Below, piece after piece: positions 20,965-32,500 of a stretch of 64,000 nt of DNA. How positions within the stretch are numbered: the first letter of the stretch is position 1; every line of letters starts with the position of its first letter. The position numbers were made by a program, and so were the translations under genes. The notes under the pieces are model-generated. The model was not told the origin of the DNA. It made no database searches and saw nothing but the letters and a program-made list of their open reading frames with translations. The stretch comes from a virus. Location: the IMG/VR virus record IMGVR_UViG_3300032224_000679, positions 21,487 through 85,486 of that record. One strand, given 5' to 3'.

Positions 20965-22395
20965 ATGGCAACCCAAATACAGTTTAGACGTGGAACAACA
21001 GCAGAAAACAATGCCTTTACTGGTGCCTTGGCTGAAATTACTGTAGATACTACTCTGAGTGTGGTAAGGGTACATGATGGATCCACTGTTGGTGGGTTTC
21101 AACTAGTTGGTGCAAATTCAGCACAAAACTTAAACAATAAAACTTTTGGTACCACAACATTTAGTCCTAACATATCTGTATTACAGAGTTTGTTTGTTGG
21201 TAGTACAGCCAACACCACAACCTATTCTAATCCTACATTAGTTATTAAAGCAGCAAATACTAGTTCATCGTCTTACATTCAAGCTGCCATGGTCAATAGC
21301 ACCAGCAGTGGTGCAAGTCGATGGATCGCTTATGCAGACAACGGAACAGATTTAAGTGGATGGACTGCAATTGGAACAACTGGTTCTACATTTGCCAATG
21401 CTAGTTATACTATAATTGGAAAAACTGACGGATTTGTATTTTCAAATGGAATATCAGGTTATGGCGGCAACTTAGTTATTGCCACTGGCGTGGGTGGCGG
21501 AGCCAACAGCGATATTATTTTTGGTGCAAATGGATTTACTTCAACAGATGAAAAATTTAGATATGTAAGTAGTACTAATTCTCTGAAACCATATGGTAAC
21601 TTGGCTATGAGCTTAGGAACTACTACTAATTGGTATGGTAACCTCTATTCTGGTAATGCTAGTATTAGCACATTGACAGCAGGAACTTTCTCGGTAAGTA
21701 ACTTTAATGTTGCTGGTCCTATTACATTGAACAGTAGTGGTAATGCTTCTGCAATTATTAATGGCGGAGCGAACGGCGTCGGTAACATTGGATCAAGTAT
21801 TGCACAATTTAATACAATCTATGCCACAGCCGCACAATTAACCGGCAATTTAACTTTTGGAAATATCGTTGGTAATGCCAATATTACTGGCTCAATAGTA
21901 ATTGGATCCACCAACAATGCCACAGTAATAGTTAACGCTGGTACGAGCGGCTCAGGTAATATTGGTGCAACTGGAGCTACTTTTAACACTGTATTTGCTA
22001 AAGCGACAACTGCACAATACGCTGACTTGGCAGAATACTATTCTAGTGATAATGTATATCCTCCAGGAACAGTGGTTGATTTTGGCGGCACTGCTGAAGT
22101 CACACTAAGCACAAAAGATATGAGTACAAAGGTAGCAGGTGTAATTTCTACCGAACCTGGATTTTTAATGAACTCAGTATGGGATGGTGGCGGCAAGGTA
22201 GTGGCAGTGGCATTAACAGGTCGTGTACCTTGCTTGGTTACAGGTAATATTTCTGCAGGGGATATGGTAGTCAGTGCTGGAAACGGATATGCTAGAGCAG
22301 AATCTAATCCTAAATTGGGTAGTGTAATTGGTAAAGCACTGTCTAACTTTACTGGCAACCGCGGTGTAATCGAAGTAGTTGTTGGAAGACTTTAA
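20965..22395 (+). CDS. Tail fibre/spike with Mtd_N-like N-terminus and C-terminal autocleaving chaperone-like domain
   Basis: N-terminal QIQFRRGT..E...D motif; C-terminal YADLAEYY...GVIST.PG..MN...VAL.GRVP (Peptidase_G2-like). Confidence 0.75.
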   Translation: MATQIQFRRGTTAENNAFTGALAEITVDTTLSVVRVHDGSTVGGFQLVGANSAQNLNNKTFGTTTFSPNISVLQSLFVGSTANTTTYSNPTLVIKAANTSSSSYIQAAMVNSTSSGASRWIAYADNGTDLSGWTAIGTTGSTFANASYTIIGKTDGFVFSNGISGYGGNLVIATGVGGGANSDIIFGANGFTSTDEKFRYVSSTNSLKPYGNLAMSLGTTTNWYGNLYSGNASISTLTAGTFSVSNFNVAGPITLNSSGNASAIINGGANGVGNIGSSIAQFNTIYATAAQLTGNLTFGNIVGNANITGSIVIGSTNNATVIVNAGTSGSGNIGATGATFNTVFAKATTAQYADLAEYYSSDNVYPPGTVVDFGGTAEVTLSTKDMSTKVAGVISTEPGFLMNSVWDGGGKVVAVALTGRVPCLVTGNISAGDMVVSAGNGYARAESNPKLGSVIGKALSNFTGNRGVIEVVVGRL

Positions 22396-22826
22396 TCTAA
22401 TAGAGATTCCAAAGTCTTTAACTTATCTTTACTTGCTTTAATTTTAATAGTTCTATAAACACCTGGGTGTAATGGCTTGGGGTGATCTTCTAATGGTACC
22501 CAGCAATATCCACGGTGTTCGTCATTTAGCACAGGTACAAATTCTTCTTCTACTTTAACTAAAAATGTATGATAAACAAATTTACCATTATCACTGGTAA
22601 ATTGTTCAACGGGAACATATTTTGCATCTTTGATTATGCCGCCCAGTTCTTCTTGTATCTCTCGCTCTAGTCCCTGTTGTACAGTCTCATTGAGTTCAAT
22701 TTTTCCGCCAACAAGCCCCCAAGTATTTGAGTAGCGCCCATTGCTTCGTAATAAAAAAAGATATCTGTTAGTGGTGGTGCAATATATCATCGCACCGCAT
22801 CCAGATTTTATATGATTAGTTGCCAT
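22392..22826 (-). CDS. Nudix hydrolase
   Basis: Nudix box GGKIELNETVQQGLEREIQEELG. Confidence 0.9.
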   Translation of the reverse strand: MATNHIKSGCGAMIYCTTTNRYLFLLRSNGRYSNTWGLVGGKIELNETVQQGLEREIQEELGGIIKDAKYVPVEQFTSDNGKFVYHTFLVKVEEEFVPVLNDEHRGYCWVPLEDHPKPLHPGVYRTIKIKASKDKLKTLESLLD

Positions 22827-24619
22827 TGTCCTGCAGGATAATATCCTTCGTAACTCTTAGCCCAACTTACACCATCCCATCGATATTGTGTGCCAGTAGT
22901 CATATTAGTCACGTAGTTAACTCCGGGAGTGCTGGAAGCAATAAATGCTCTATACCAGTGCTGACCGTTGTATTGAATTATATCATTAGCATACGCTTCT
23001 AATCGAGTTCCGTCAATACCTAACCAGTTATAAACTGAAGCATTTGCACCAATGTCAGCTGAATAGTAGTCATTGACTAAAAGATATCTAGTGCTGTCCA
23101 CTAGTTTTTGTAAGTCTTTATTGGGTCTTGAACTTATGGGATCAATAATAGCATTAACTGGAGCAATAGTATTAACTGGCAGTGTATCAATGTCGGGACT
23201 ATACAATAACACAGTGTCGTCTATTGGGTTGTAAGCAACAGTGCCAACAACTTCATTGCCATCTGCTAGTTCAAGTTTAACTTGACTACTGCCATTTACA
23301 AGATTTCCGTAAACGTTGATTAAATCTCTCCATGGCTCTTCTGCACCGTATTTGTGTGTGGTTGCAGTGAATACAATCTTAGCATTAGCTGGTGCAGTAA
23401 CAATGTTACTGGTTACAATAGAATGTCCAGAAGTAGAAATAACTCTGGTGTTACTTGCTGTGATTGTTTGGAGATAACTGTAACCCACATTACTGATATT
23501 ACCAGTCAAATTACTGGATACAGTAACACTGGTATTACTGGCAACGTTAGTGACATACCCTAAATCGTATGCATTATAAAACATCAATGTACCAATACTC
23601 AAATCAGATAAAAATGTTGTTCCATTTCCTGTAATAACATTGCTGTTGATATTTCCAGTGATAGTCCCGGCACCAGTAAAATCTAAACCAGAAACTAACA
23701 TACCAGGCTCGACACCATCTGCATTGTCTAGTGTAAAGTTAGTGGCAGCAGTTACATTGGCAGCTAGAGTTTTTACAATTTGTTGCCCAAACTCATCTAC
23801 AACACCAGAATTATACTTGACTAGTCTCAACGTATTTTCAAATAAGATTACACCGTATTGTAATGGAGTAAACTGCTGTCTACTTAATAAGTTTGCTTCG
23901 TTATAAATTGCTTCATCTATGTTACCGTCGGCATCAAAAATACTAGCAACAATCTTTTGTATAACACCCAATTTTTTAACAAGTGCAGGACTACTGACAA
24001 AAATTGGTAATTCAAAAGTTAATGTAGCAACGTCAATGGGACTGTCAGCACCAACAGGCACAGTCCTCGAGCTCCATTGTACACTGGTTAATAGAACATA
24101 AGTTAAACTAGTCCAATCAATGTAGTTGTCTGTGCTTTGAATTTCCAATGCTGGATTGAATAATGTGCAAAGTTGTTCCAACAACTGTAATTTTTGTTCA
24201 GTGTTACTGGTCCAAATATCTAACTTCAATGTTAGTTTATAAGGCACAGGCATTAATCGTTCAACTGTAAAAGTATCACCTTGTTGAGTACTGTAATCGC
24301 CAGTTTCTGGATCGTAGTATCGCTCACGCAGGTTTAATTTTCCAACATAAGTAGGATTTTGTACACGAGCTCTATCGTAGTCCATACCACCAATATACAC
24401 AGCCATAGCAGGCACAGCGTTAAGCATGTTTTCACTGTTTTGTTTTATGATAGTTGCAGCTTGTCTACTACTATCACCATAGATGACAGGTACACGTTGT
24501 AGGGCAGTTACGCCATTTCTATCGCGCCCAAACTCAACTTGGAAATTAGATACCATACGAATAAACTGTATGATGTATCGTCTAATTTGTTGGTCATAAA
24601 AAAACTGTTGAAGTGCCAT
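22808..24619 (-). CDS. Tail sheath stabiliser/terminator (T4 gp15-like) with C-terminal extension
   Basis: FFYD.QIRRY, VPV.YG and MPVPY.L...LDIW......QLLEQ....FNP motifs of the gp15 family. Confidence 0.8.
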   Translation of the reverse strand: MALQQFFYDQQIRRYIIQFIRMVSNFQVEFGRDRNGVTALQRVPVIYGDSSRQAATIIKQNSENMLNAVPAMAVYIGGMDYDRARVQNPTYVGKLNLRERYYDPETGDYSTQQGDTFTVERLMPVPYKLTLKLDIWTSNTEQKLQLLEQLCTLFNPALEIQSTDNYIDWTSLTYVLLTSVQWSSRTVPVGADSPIDVATLTFELPIFVSSPALVKKLGVIQKIVASIFDADGNIDEAIYNEANLLSRQQFTPLQYGVILFENTLRLVKYNSGVVDEFGQQIVKTLAANVTAATNFTLDNADGVEPGMLVSGLDFTGAGTITGNINSNVITGNGTTFLSDLSIGTLMFYNAYDLGYVTNVASNTSVTVSSNLTGNISNVGYSYLQTITASNTRVISTSGHSIVTSNIVTAPANAKIVFTATTHKYGAEEPWRDLINVYGNLVNGSSQVKLELADGNEVVGTVAYNPIDDTVLLYSPDIDTLPVNTIAPVNAIIDPISSRPNKDLQKLVDSTRYLLVNDYYSADIGANASVYNWLGIDGTRLEAYANDIIQYNGQHWYRAFIASSTPGVNYVTNMTTGTQYRWDGVSWAKSYEGYYPAGQWQLII

Positions 24620-25992
24620 TAATTGTCTGCCTTAGGTGTTAGGGCCTTACTTAAACTCTGACGTGTTGGTAATGTTTGGCCTTCATGATTTGTATATGTA
24701 CTTGTATCATTAACAAAAATACTACGTTGAGTTTGATTATTTGGTCCGGGAGTAAGATCTGTTCTTACATTATCTTCTACTTTGATCCAACGTGTTCCGC
24801 TGTATCTAAATAACCTATTAGGAACATAGTCTGTGCGTAATACATAATCTCCTATGGTAGGAGCCGCAGGGAATGAAGTTGCAACAGTAACAGGCCATCC
24901 GTCGGGAGTTTTGCCATCTCCTGCTAAGTACCCTGGTATATTTGAGTCTGGTGTAGTTGGTTGTGTTGCGTAGTCTACTGTGCTGTCAACATACAAGAAA
25001 TCTGAATTTGATTGTTGTCCTGTTGGGTCTCCTGGACTGCCATCAGGGTTTAATGGTAAATTATACAATGGATTAATATCAGTACCACTTGCAGGAACAT
25101 CTATCTGTGCTTGAGCAATAATAGCGTCGTTGATTTGATTTAGTTTACTCAATGTGCTGATTACCTGTCCAATAGGTGTTGCATTAGCATCGCCTGCTGA
25201 TACAATGTTTAAAATATCTTTGTATTCTTGACTGTCTACCAATGGTGTACATTTTACACGCCAAATGTGTGGCCACCAGGTTTGACTAAATCCTGAGCTT
25301 TCAAATGTAGCATCTTGTACAACATAATACCGTTTGAGTACAGCAGGGATATCTGCGTTTAACGGATAGTAATCTTTCTTATGCGGCAGCTCTAATACAT
25401 CGCCACTCATAATTTTTCTACCCAATGCTGCCACAGTGTCAGTTAAATGAAATGAAATATAAATTGTATCGGCATTTAAGAAAATACCAAATTGTGTTAA
25501 GTCAAAGTCGTTGTCGTTGACAGTATAAATGCCGCGCAGATTATAAACGTCGCTGTCGTACTTGCGGTCTCTATTTTCTAAGAATAACAAGTCCTGAATA
25601 TTCAACGCACTTTGATTAGCATAGTTTGGTTTAGTTGCATCATTCCAATACACTGAAATGGGGTTACCTGATGAAATGGTAGTTGTAGCACCACTGGTCA
25701 TCGTAACAGTATTTGCAGTTACATTGGTGCTGAATATAACAGTGTTGGCTGCAATGCCAATTCCGCTTAATGTTTGTCCAACTTCAAAAGAAGCCACATT
25801 GGAAAAATACAAAACTCTTGAGTTAGCCGAAGTATTGCCAGTGGTAGTGTATGCAGTGGTTTGATTTGTGGTGCCAAGATATTTGTGAAGATTTACTCCC
25901 ACTCCGCCCACAGTGAACTCTTCGGAAATTCTTTTATCAAAAAACTTGTAATCGTTACTGTGGTTTTCACGCCACATACTTAATCTTGGCAT
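24619..25992 (-). CDS. Neck/head-closure protein (T4 gp14-like)
   Basis: Adjacent to the gp15-like gene; DLLFLENRDRKY, DLTQFG.F and GDVLELPH motifs; late promoter at 26013-26019 (-). Confidence 0.65.
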   Translation of the reverse strand: MPRLSMWRENHSNDYKFFDKRISEEFTVGGVGVNLHKYLGTTNQTTAYTTTGNTSANSRVLYFSNVASFEVGQTLSGIGIAANTVIFSTNVTANTVTMTSGATTTISSGNPISVYWNDATKPNYANQSALNIQDLLFLENRDRKYDSDVYNLRGIYTVNDNDFDLTQFGIFLNADTIYISFHLTDTVAALGRKIMSGDVLELPHKKDYYPLNADIPAVLKRYYVVQDATFESSGFSQTWWPHIWRVKCTPLVDSQEYKDILNIVSAGDANATPIGQVISTLSKLNQINDAIIAQAQIDVPASGTDINPLYNLPLNPDGSPGDPTGQQSNSDFLYVDSTVDYATQPTTPDSNIPGYLAGDGKTPDGWPVTVATSFPAAPTIGDYVLRTDYVPNRLFRYSGTRWIKVEDNVRTDLTPGPNNQTQRSIFVNDTSTYTNHEGQTLPTRQSLSKALTPKADN

Positions 25993-26023
25993 ATCGGATC
26001 CTGCTAATAGTGTATTTATGGGC

Positions 26024-26052
26024 TTGACAGGTATTCCATTTTATCGTATAAT
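26024..26052 (+). promoter_or_regulatory. Consensus sigma70 (early) promoter
   Basis: TTGACA-17 nt-TATAAT. Confidence 0.85.
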
Positions 26053-26083
26053 ATACTTTTTACACAAAGTGCGGGGATCAAAC

Positions 26084-27247
26084 ATGGCTACAGTAGCAGG
26101 CGTTAAGATTAAAACTAAAGTTGCTAAAGCAAGAGGCACAGCCTTTGCTGATGAAAAATACACAGGTGGCGAGCCCCAGTGGGACACTGAGCAAGCACTG
26201 ACTATGGAGCAAAGCGAATTTGACCATAACCTGCGTAAAAGTTTTTATTATTACAACTATTACTATAGTCAAAAAGATACCAAAAAGTATGTAGTAGAAT
26301 GGATGCAGAAAAATGGCTATGCAAAACAGCAAGTCAGTGATTTTGTACGTAGTCCGGACCGCTCGTTAAGCATGACAGCATGTAGTTTGGTTATGGCACA
26401 TAGAGCAGGGATGCCCATGCGTGAACGTGAACTGGAATTCCTTAAAACACAGATTGCTGAAGTGCTGGAGAAAAGCGAACCCGAAGTGGTCGAAGTGGTT
26501 GCAGATAAGCCCAAGGCTTACGTACCAACAATTCAGGATCGGTTAAATGAAAAAACCAGCGAGATTATTGGTGAGCTTGAAGGTGTGTTTGATGATGTCA
26601 GCACAGGCACTAAAAACCCCACAAAGTTGTATGACTTTTTGGTTGCTAACAACGTGGTACAAAGTCAACTCAGCAAGTATGAAACACTGTACACCAAACG
26701 CAAAGAAGAGTTGTTGGCCGCACAAGGCAAGGAAGATCCACAGCTCAAAGAAGGTTACAGCAATTTCAAAGCCGCAGACTTTAAGCGCATGATTGCTTGG
26801 ATTGATGACTTACTTGCGGCAGTGGAACAATATCGTGGAGTTAAAAAAGCTACCAAAAAAGCCCGTGTTAAGAAAGCGCCCAGCAAAGAAAAGCTGATTG
26901 CTAGACTTAAATACGCCAAAGAAAATAAAGAGCTTAAAATTGTAAGTATCAATCCTGCTGACATATTGGGCGCACAGGAACTGTGGATGTATAACGCAAA
27001 AACTCGCAAATTGGGCAAGTATGTTGCGGCTACATACAAAACACTGTCAGTCAAAGGTACAAGTATTGAAAACTTTGATACAGATAAAAGTGTATGCAAA
27101 ACCCTGCGTAAACCCGAAGAGAAGCTCAAAGAGTTTGCCAAAGCAGGTAAAGTTCAATTACGGAAGTTTTTGGAAGATATTCGAGCTACAGAAACCAAGC
27201 TCAACGGAAGAATTAACGAAGATATTCTGCTATTGAAAGTTGCCTAA
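26084..27247 (+). CDS. Conserved hypothetical early protein (Lys-rich, 387 aa)
   Basis: Start moved to ATG 26084, downstream of the promoter and preceded by a GGGGA RBS. Confidence 0.75.
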   Translation: MATVAGVKIKTKVAKARGTAFADEKYTGGEPQWDTEQALTMEQSEFDHNLRKSFYYYNYYYSQKDTKKYVVEWMQKNGYAKQQVSDFVRSPDRSLSMTACSLVMAHRAGMPMRERELEFLKTQIAEVLEKSEPEVVEVVADKPKAYVPTIQDRLNEKTSEIIGELEGVFDDVSTGTKNPTKLYDFLVANNVVQSQLSKYETLYTKRKEELLAAQGKEDPQLKEGYSNFKAADFKRMIAWIDDLLAAVEQYRGVKKATKKARVKKAPSKEKLIARLKYAKENKELKIVSINPADILGAQELWMYNAKTRKLGKYVAATYKTLSVKGTSIENFDTDKSVCKTLRKPEEKLKEFAKAGKVQLRKFLEDIRATETKLNGRINEDILLLKVA

Positions 27248-27251
27248 CATC

Positions 27252-27287
27252 TGTGTCCTGTTGGCTAAATATGGTTAACAGGACACA
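27252..27287 (+). promoter_or_regulatory. RBS-sequestering hairpin with a late promoter (TAAATA) in its loop
   Basis: 14-bp stem tgtgtcctgttggc/gttaacaggacaca; loop TAAATATG; the AGGA lies in the 3' arm; ATG at 27291. Confidence 0.75.
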
Positions 27288-27290
27288 TTT

Positions 27291-28454
27291 ATGACAACTG
27301 GTAATGTAGTAATAACACCCGATTTACAAAATGACCTAAGCCTTCGTTCAAAGAGTTTAGGTGGCCCAGGCACAATTAGCACAGACAGTGCTATCGCCGC
27401 CAATGAACAAATACAAACACTTAATCAACTACGCAACGATATGGTTGACTATATCAGACTGCGTTTAGGCGATCAAATTGTTGACGTTGAGTTAGATAAA
27501 GAGCATTACGAAATGGCCATGAAACAGGCTTTGATCAAGTATCGTCAACGTGCGCCCAATGCATCTGAGGAAAGTTATGCGTTCTTAGACTTGTTGCCTG
27601 AAGTACAAGAGTATATATTGCCTAACTACATCACAGAAGTTCGACAAATATTCCGACGAGGTATTGGAAGTGTGTCGGGTACTACTGCTAGCCAGTTTGA
27701 ACCGTTTGCGTCAGGTTATTTGAACACTTATATGTTGGTAGCAGGGCGGGTTGGCGGATTAACTAACTACGAACTGTTTGCACAATATCAAGAATTAGCC
27801 ATGAAGATGTTTGGTGGTTACATGAACTTTACATGGAATCGTGTAACTAAGAAACTTACTATTGTGCGTAAGATTCCAAATTACGGGCATACATATTTTG
27901 CACTACATAGCCTAACGTCTTCAGGCACAGCAGTAGGTAGTACAATAACAATTACCACAGCAACCCCTCAGGTCATGAGGACTGGCGACAGCATTTACAT
28001 CGCTGATTGCGGGGTATCAGGATACAATACACAATATGTAGTTGACACTATAGACAACACAGGTACTGTGATAACTGTTATCTCATCACAAGTCTTAGGT
28101 GCAACATCAGTAACGGGGTATCAACTAAGTCAAACACACGTTTGGAGTCCTCAAGTTGATGGAATGAATAATACTGAAAGTGTGCTACTTTGGATCTATA
28201 ACTACAAGCCAGATGTCATGCTATTGAGCGATCCTATGGTATTTCCATGGTTGCAGGATTATGCATTGGCGTTTTGTAAAACAATACTTGGACAAGCTCG
28301 CGGTAAGTTTGCTCAAATTGCTGGTCCACAAGGCGGCACACAGTTAAATGGTGCGGCACTGATGGCAGAAGGACAAGCCGAGATGGAAAAGCTCGAAGAA
28401 GATTTGAAGAACTACGTAGACGGAAGTACTCCACTATATTGGGTAACAGGATAA
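27291..28454 (+). CDS. Neck protein (T4 gp13-like)
   Basis: DYIRLRLG...VDVELD, WLQDYALA..K..LG..RGKF....GP.GG..LNG. Confidence 0.85.
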   Translation: MTTGNVVITPDLQNDLSLRSKSLGGPGTISTDSAIAANEQIQTLNQLRNDMVDYIRLRLGDQIVDVELDKEHYEMAMKQALIKYRQRAPNASEESYAFLDLLPEVQEYILPNYITEVRQIFRRGIGSVSGTTASQFEPFASGYLNTYMLVAGRVGGLTNYELFAQYQELAMKMFGGYMNFTWNRVTKKLTIVRKIPNYGHTYFALHSLTSSGTAVGSTITITTATPQVMRTGDSIYIADCGVSGYNTQYVVDTIDNTGTVITVISSQVLGATSVTGYQLSQTHVWSPQVDGMNNTESVLLWIYNYKPDVMLLSDPMVFPWLQDYALAFCKTILGQARGKFAQIAGPQGGTQLNGAALMAEGQAEMEKLEEDLKNYVDGSTPLYWVTG

Positions 28455-28477
28455 TTGACTTTGTTTGTGTTTTATGT

Positions 28478-28504
28478 AAAAATGCTCCTAATGGGGCATT
28501 TTTT
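28478..28504 (+). terminator. Putative intrinsic terminator
   Basis: aaaaatgctcc-taat-ggggcatttttt after gp13. Confidence 0.55.
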
Positions 28505-29125
28505 ATGATTATCGGAATTTCAGGATTTATTGGCAGCGGCAAAGACACAGCCGCAAACTACCTAGTGGGCTTTCATGGCTTTAGGCGTGACAGCTTTGCA
28601 GGCGCACTCAAAGACGCAGTAGCCGCTGTATTTGGCTGGGATAGAGAACTGCTTGAAGGATTGACTCCCGAAGCACGACACTGGCGCGAACAAGTAGACC
28701 CATGGTGGGCAGAACGTTTGAATATACCTGGATTGACTCCAAGGTGGGTATTGCAGTTCTGGGGCACAGAAGTTTGCCGCAAAGGATTCAACGATGACAT
28801 CTGGATTGCCGCACTTGAAAACCGCCTTCGTAGTCGTACAGGTCACACGGTAATTAGCGATGTGCGTTTCCCCAACGAAATTGCTAGTATTAAAAATGCC
28901 GGAGGCAAAATTATATGGGTGCAACGTGGTGTTATTCCTCACTGGTATGAGCTTGCTATTAAAGCCAATCGAGGTGATGCCAAAGCAGAGCAATGGTTAG
29001 TGGATAATAAGATTCATGTCAGCGAAACTGCTTGGGTCGGAACAGAATTTGATGTTATTATTGACAACAATAGATCCGTTGAGAATCTATACTCAGCACT
29101 TAAAAATCTGGTACAAGAGGGCTAG
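28505..29125 (+). CDS. Deoxynucleoside monophosphate kinase (T4 gp1-like)
   Basis: IIGISGFIGSGKDT P-loop, TPR..LQ..GTE, VISDVRFPNE, H.SE; start taken as ATG 28505. Confidence 0.9.
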   Translation: MIIGISGFIGSGKDTAANYLVGFHGFRRDSFAGALKDAVAAVFGWDRELLEGLTPEARHWREQVDPWWAERLNIPGLTPRWVLQFWGTEVCRKGFNDDIWIAALENRLRSRTGHTVISDVRFPNEIASIKNAGGKIIWVQRGVIPHWYELAIKANRGDAKAEQWLVDNKIHVSETAWVGTEFDVIIDNNRSVENLYSALKNLVQEG

Positions 29126-29450
29126 GCTTCCACGGCAACTTACTTGTTGCTACTTCCACTCTACAGTTAAGACAAACAGTCTTTAAATTAAACTGGCCAA
29201 CATTCTTTAAGTTACCATCTACATGATAAACAGTCATTTGTTTATCCACATATTTTGCATGCCACCCACATTTATCACATATATGTGACTTCCTGTAACC
29301 TGCTTTATACCAAGAAGGTACAGGTTTGTATTTCTTCCCTGCCCTAGCACAAACATCACAAACCTTGCGATAATAAACTTTTTCGCCTAGATAACGATTA
29401 ATTGCTACAGGCCTACTGTTACAAGTGGGACATAATGGTCTATCTTTCAT
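29100..29450 (-). CDS. Zn-finger/HNH-like protein
   Basis: Four CxxC pairs and YHVDGNLKN...NL..VCLNC. Confidence 0.7.
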   Translation of the reverse strand: MKDRPLCPTCNSRPVAINRYLGEKVYYRKVCDVCARAGKKYKPVPSWYKAGYRKSHICDKCGWHAKYVDKQMTVYHVDGNLKNVGQFNLKTVCLNCRVEVATSKLPWKPSPLVPDF

Positions 29451-29545
29451 ATTGTATTTACTCAAACCTTAATTAAGGGCAACCAAACAGCCCATATTTT
29501 GTTTCATCCGATAAATATCTTTAACAGTTTAAGAGGAAATGAAAC

Positions 29546-32500
29546 ATGGCAATACTAGTTTCTCCAGGCGTATCAGTTACAGTCACAGATGAAAGTAATT
29601 ATGCACCTAATCAACTTGGTTCAGTAGCTTACATCCTAGTAGCAACTGCAACCAATAAAGTAGCACCAGGTGGAACTGCTTATGCAGCAGGCACACTACT
29701 TGAAAATGCAGGTAAAGTTTATAACATTACAAGTCAACGTGATCTTGTAACAACTTTTGGCACCCCAAGTTTTTATACCACATCCGGCGGAGCACCTATA
29801 AATGGTGACGAACGTAACGAATATGGTTTGATGGCAGCTTATAGCTTATTGGGCGTAAGCAACACAGTTTATGTACAACGTGCAAACGTTGACTTAGCAG
29901 CCTTGGGTGGTACAACAAGTCGCCCATTGGCAAATCCAGCAAGTGGCGCATTTTGGTTAGACACAACAATGTCTGATTGGGGCATATATGAGTGGAGTTC
30001 AGCTAAACAAGATTTCACTTTAAAAACTCCAATTGTTATCATGGCTAATACAGATTTAGCCACAGACAACTTTACACCAAACACTGCCTTAGGATCAATC
30101 GGTAGCTATGCAGTTAACACATATTCTAATGCAAATCCTATATTCACTAAAGTATATGATAATTCATGGAAACTATTAGGCTCAACAGCTTGGCAAGCAG
30201 CACTTCCCGCTGTCACAAGTTCGAATGCTAGTGCAAACATCCAAGCAACTGCTGGTATCATTATCAACACAACTAACGTTGTAGTGGGAATCGGCGCTAA
30301 CTTAACTACAGTGGCAGGCAATATCAATGCTGCAAATATTACAGGTGTTACTTCTAGAGTAGCAAATAACTTGTTAATTATCAGTGTAACTGATCTTGCT
30401 AAAAGTGCCAATGTAACAGCAGACGGTCGTGCAAATATCAGCAACGGCGGTGCAGGCACAGCACTAACAACATTGGGTATTACAGCAGGTTCTTACACTG
30501 CACCTAATTTAAGTATAGCACCTTATTATAGCGTACCAAGTTGGCAAGGCACAACTGCTGACGGTGCACTACGTCCAAGTGGTAGCGTATGGCAAAAAGC
30601 CAGTTCATTGGGCATGGGATTAAATTCTGTTATTAAAAAATACGATAGCAGTTTAGGTGCATGGGCAACACAATCAGTTCCTGACTACTCGACTATATTT
30701 GCTGCTACATATGGATTAGATCCAACAGGTGGCGGATTGAATATTACTCAAGGAACAATATACTCACAATACAATGCTTATGGTAACGTAACTGCTTCTG
30801 AAGTATTTTACTACAGAAATTCAACAGGTGCCACAACTGTTACAGCTAATACAACAACCCCTGCAGCTCCTAGAGTTGGTGCAACATTTACCTTAACTAC
30901 AAGAGCAAATGCAAGTTTAGGAACTACAACTAGCTATTCAGGTAATGTTACAACTGGTACTGTACAAGGATTTTTAAATGCTATTTCAGCATTGGGTGAC
31001 CCAAATATTACAGCTAATTTAGATGCATCTGGTAGAGTTGTTATTACTCATGCGCTGGGTGGAGACATGATTGTTGCTGACGGTACAGGTACTCCTTTTG
31101 CTAACGTTGGTATTAACACTAATGCAACAAATGTTTATGCAAGTCCATATAGCGGAAGTGCAAACTTGTTACTAACTAACTGGAAACCTTTAGATAATGT
31201 TACATCTACTGGTTACTATAGAAGCAGTACACAACCTTATGTTGAACCTGCTAACAACACATTGTGGTATTATAATACCCCAAGTCGTGCAGACATTATG
31301 ATCAGTAATGGTAGTGCTTGGTTAGGTTATCAAAATCTAACTAACGATATTCGTGGTTATAATCTAAGTAACACTAACTCAACTGGTCCAATTCTATCAA
31401 CCAGCACACCAACATTGCAAGATGATGGTACACAATTGGTATATGGTGACTTATGGTTAAACACTGCTGACTTAGAAAATTATCCTAAGTTATACAGATG
31501 GCAACGTGTTAATGGTATTGATCAATGGGTATTGATCGATAATACAGACAACACAAGTCAAAACGGTATACTATTTGCAGATGCACGTTGGTCAACAGCA
31601 GGAAATGTAAATCCAGTAACTGGTACTATTCCTAGCATTGCAACATTGGCAGCAAGTAACTATGTTGATTTAGACGCTCCCGATCCAACACTATATCCAC
31701 GTGGTATGTTATTGTTTAACACAAGAGCCAGCGGATACAATGTTAAAGAATATAAGAGTTCTTACTTTACTAGCTCTGCTTATCCAAATCAATCTTTACC
31801 AAGTAGAGCAGATACATGGATCAGCGTTAGTGGATATCAAAGCAACGGTGTTGTTCCAAACTTTGGACGCAAAGCACAGCGCGGTGTTACATTGGCAGCA
31901 CTAAGATCTGCTATTGACAGTAGTACAGCATTGCGTGAAGATGCAAATCAATTTAACTTGATTGCATGTCCTGGATATCCTGAATTGATTCCTAATATGG
32001 TGTCATTGAATGAAGACCGTGATAACACAGCATTCATTGTTGGCGATACACCGCTGAGATTGGCCGCAACAGGTACAGCAATTCAAGCCTGGGCACAAAA
32101 CAGTGTCAACACACCAAGTACAGGCGAAGATGGATTGGCAACTGTTAATCCATATGTTGGTGTTTACTATCCAAGCGGACAAACAAATGACTTGGCTGGC
32201 AATCCTATTGCGGTTCCTCCAAGTCATGCAGTATTACGTTCTATTATTAAGAGCGATAATATAAGTTATCCATGGTTAGCTCCTGCAGGAACACGCAGAG
32301 GTTTAATTGATAATGTTAATGCTATTGGATATGTTGACGGCACTTCCGGAGCGTTTGTAAGTGTTGGTATTACACAAGGTCTACGTGACGTAATGTACAC
32401 AAACAAGATCAATCCGTTGACTAACTTACCAGGTGCAGGTCTTGTAATTTATGGTCAGAAAACACTAAGCTCTACTCCAAGCTCATTGGATCGAGTTAAT

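Noticed and set aside
202-22358. Many minus-strand ORFs (LPV/AVL-rich) opposite the fibre genes
   Set aside because: Antisense shadows of repetitive G/T/N/A codons; no RBS or protein-like features.
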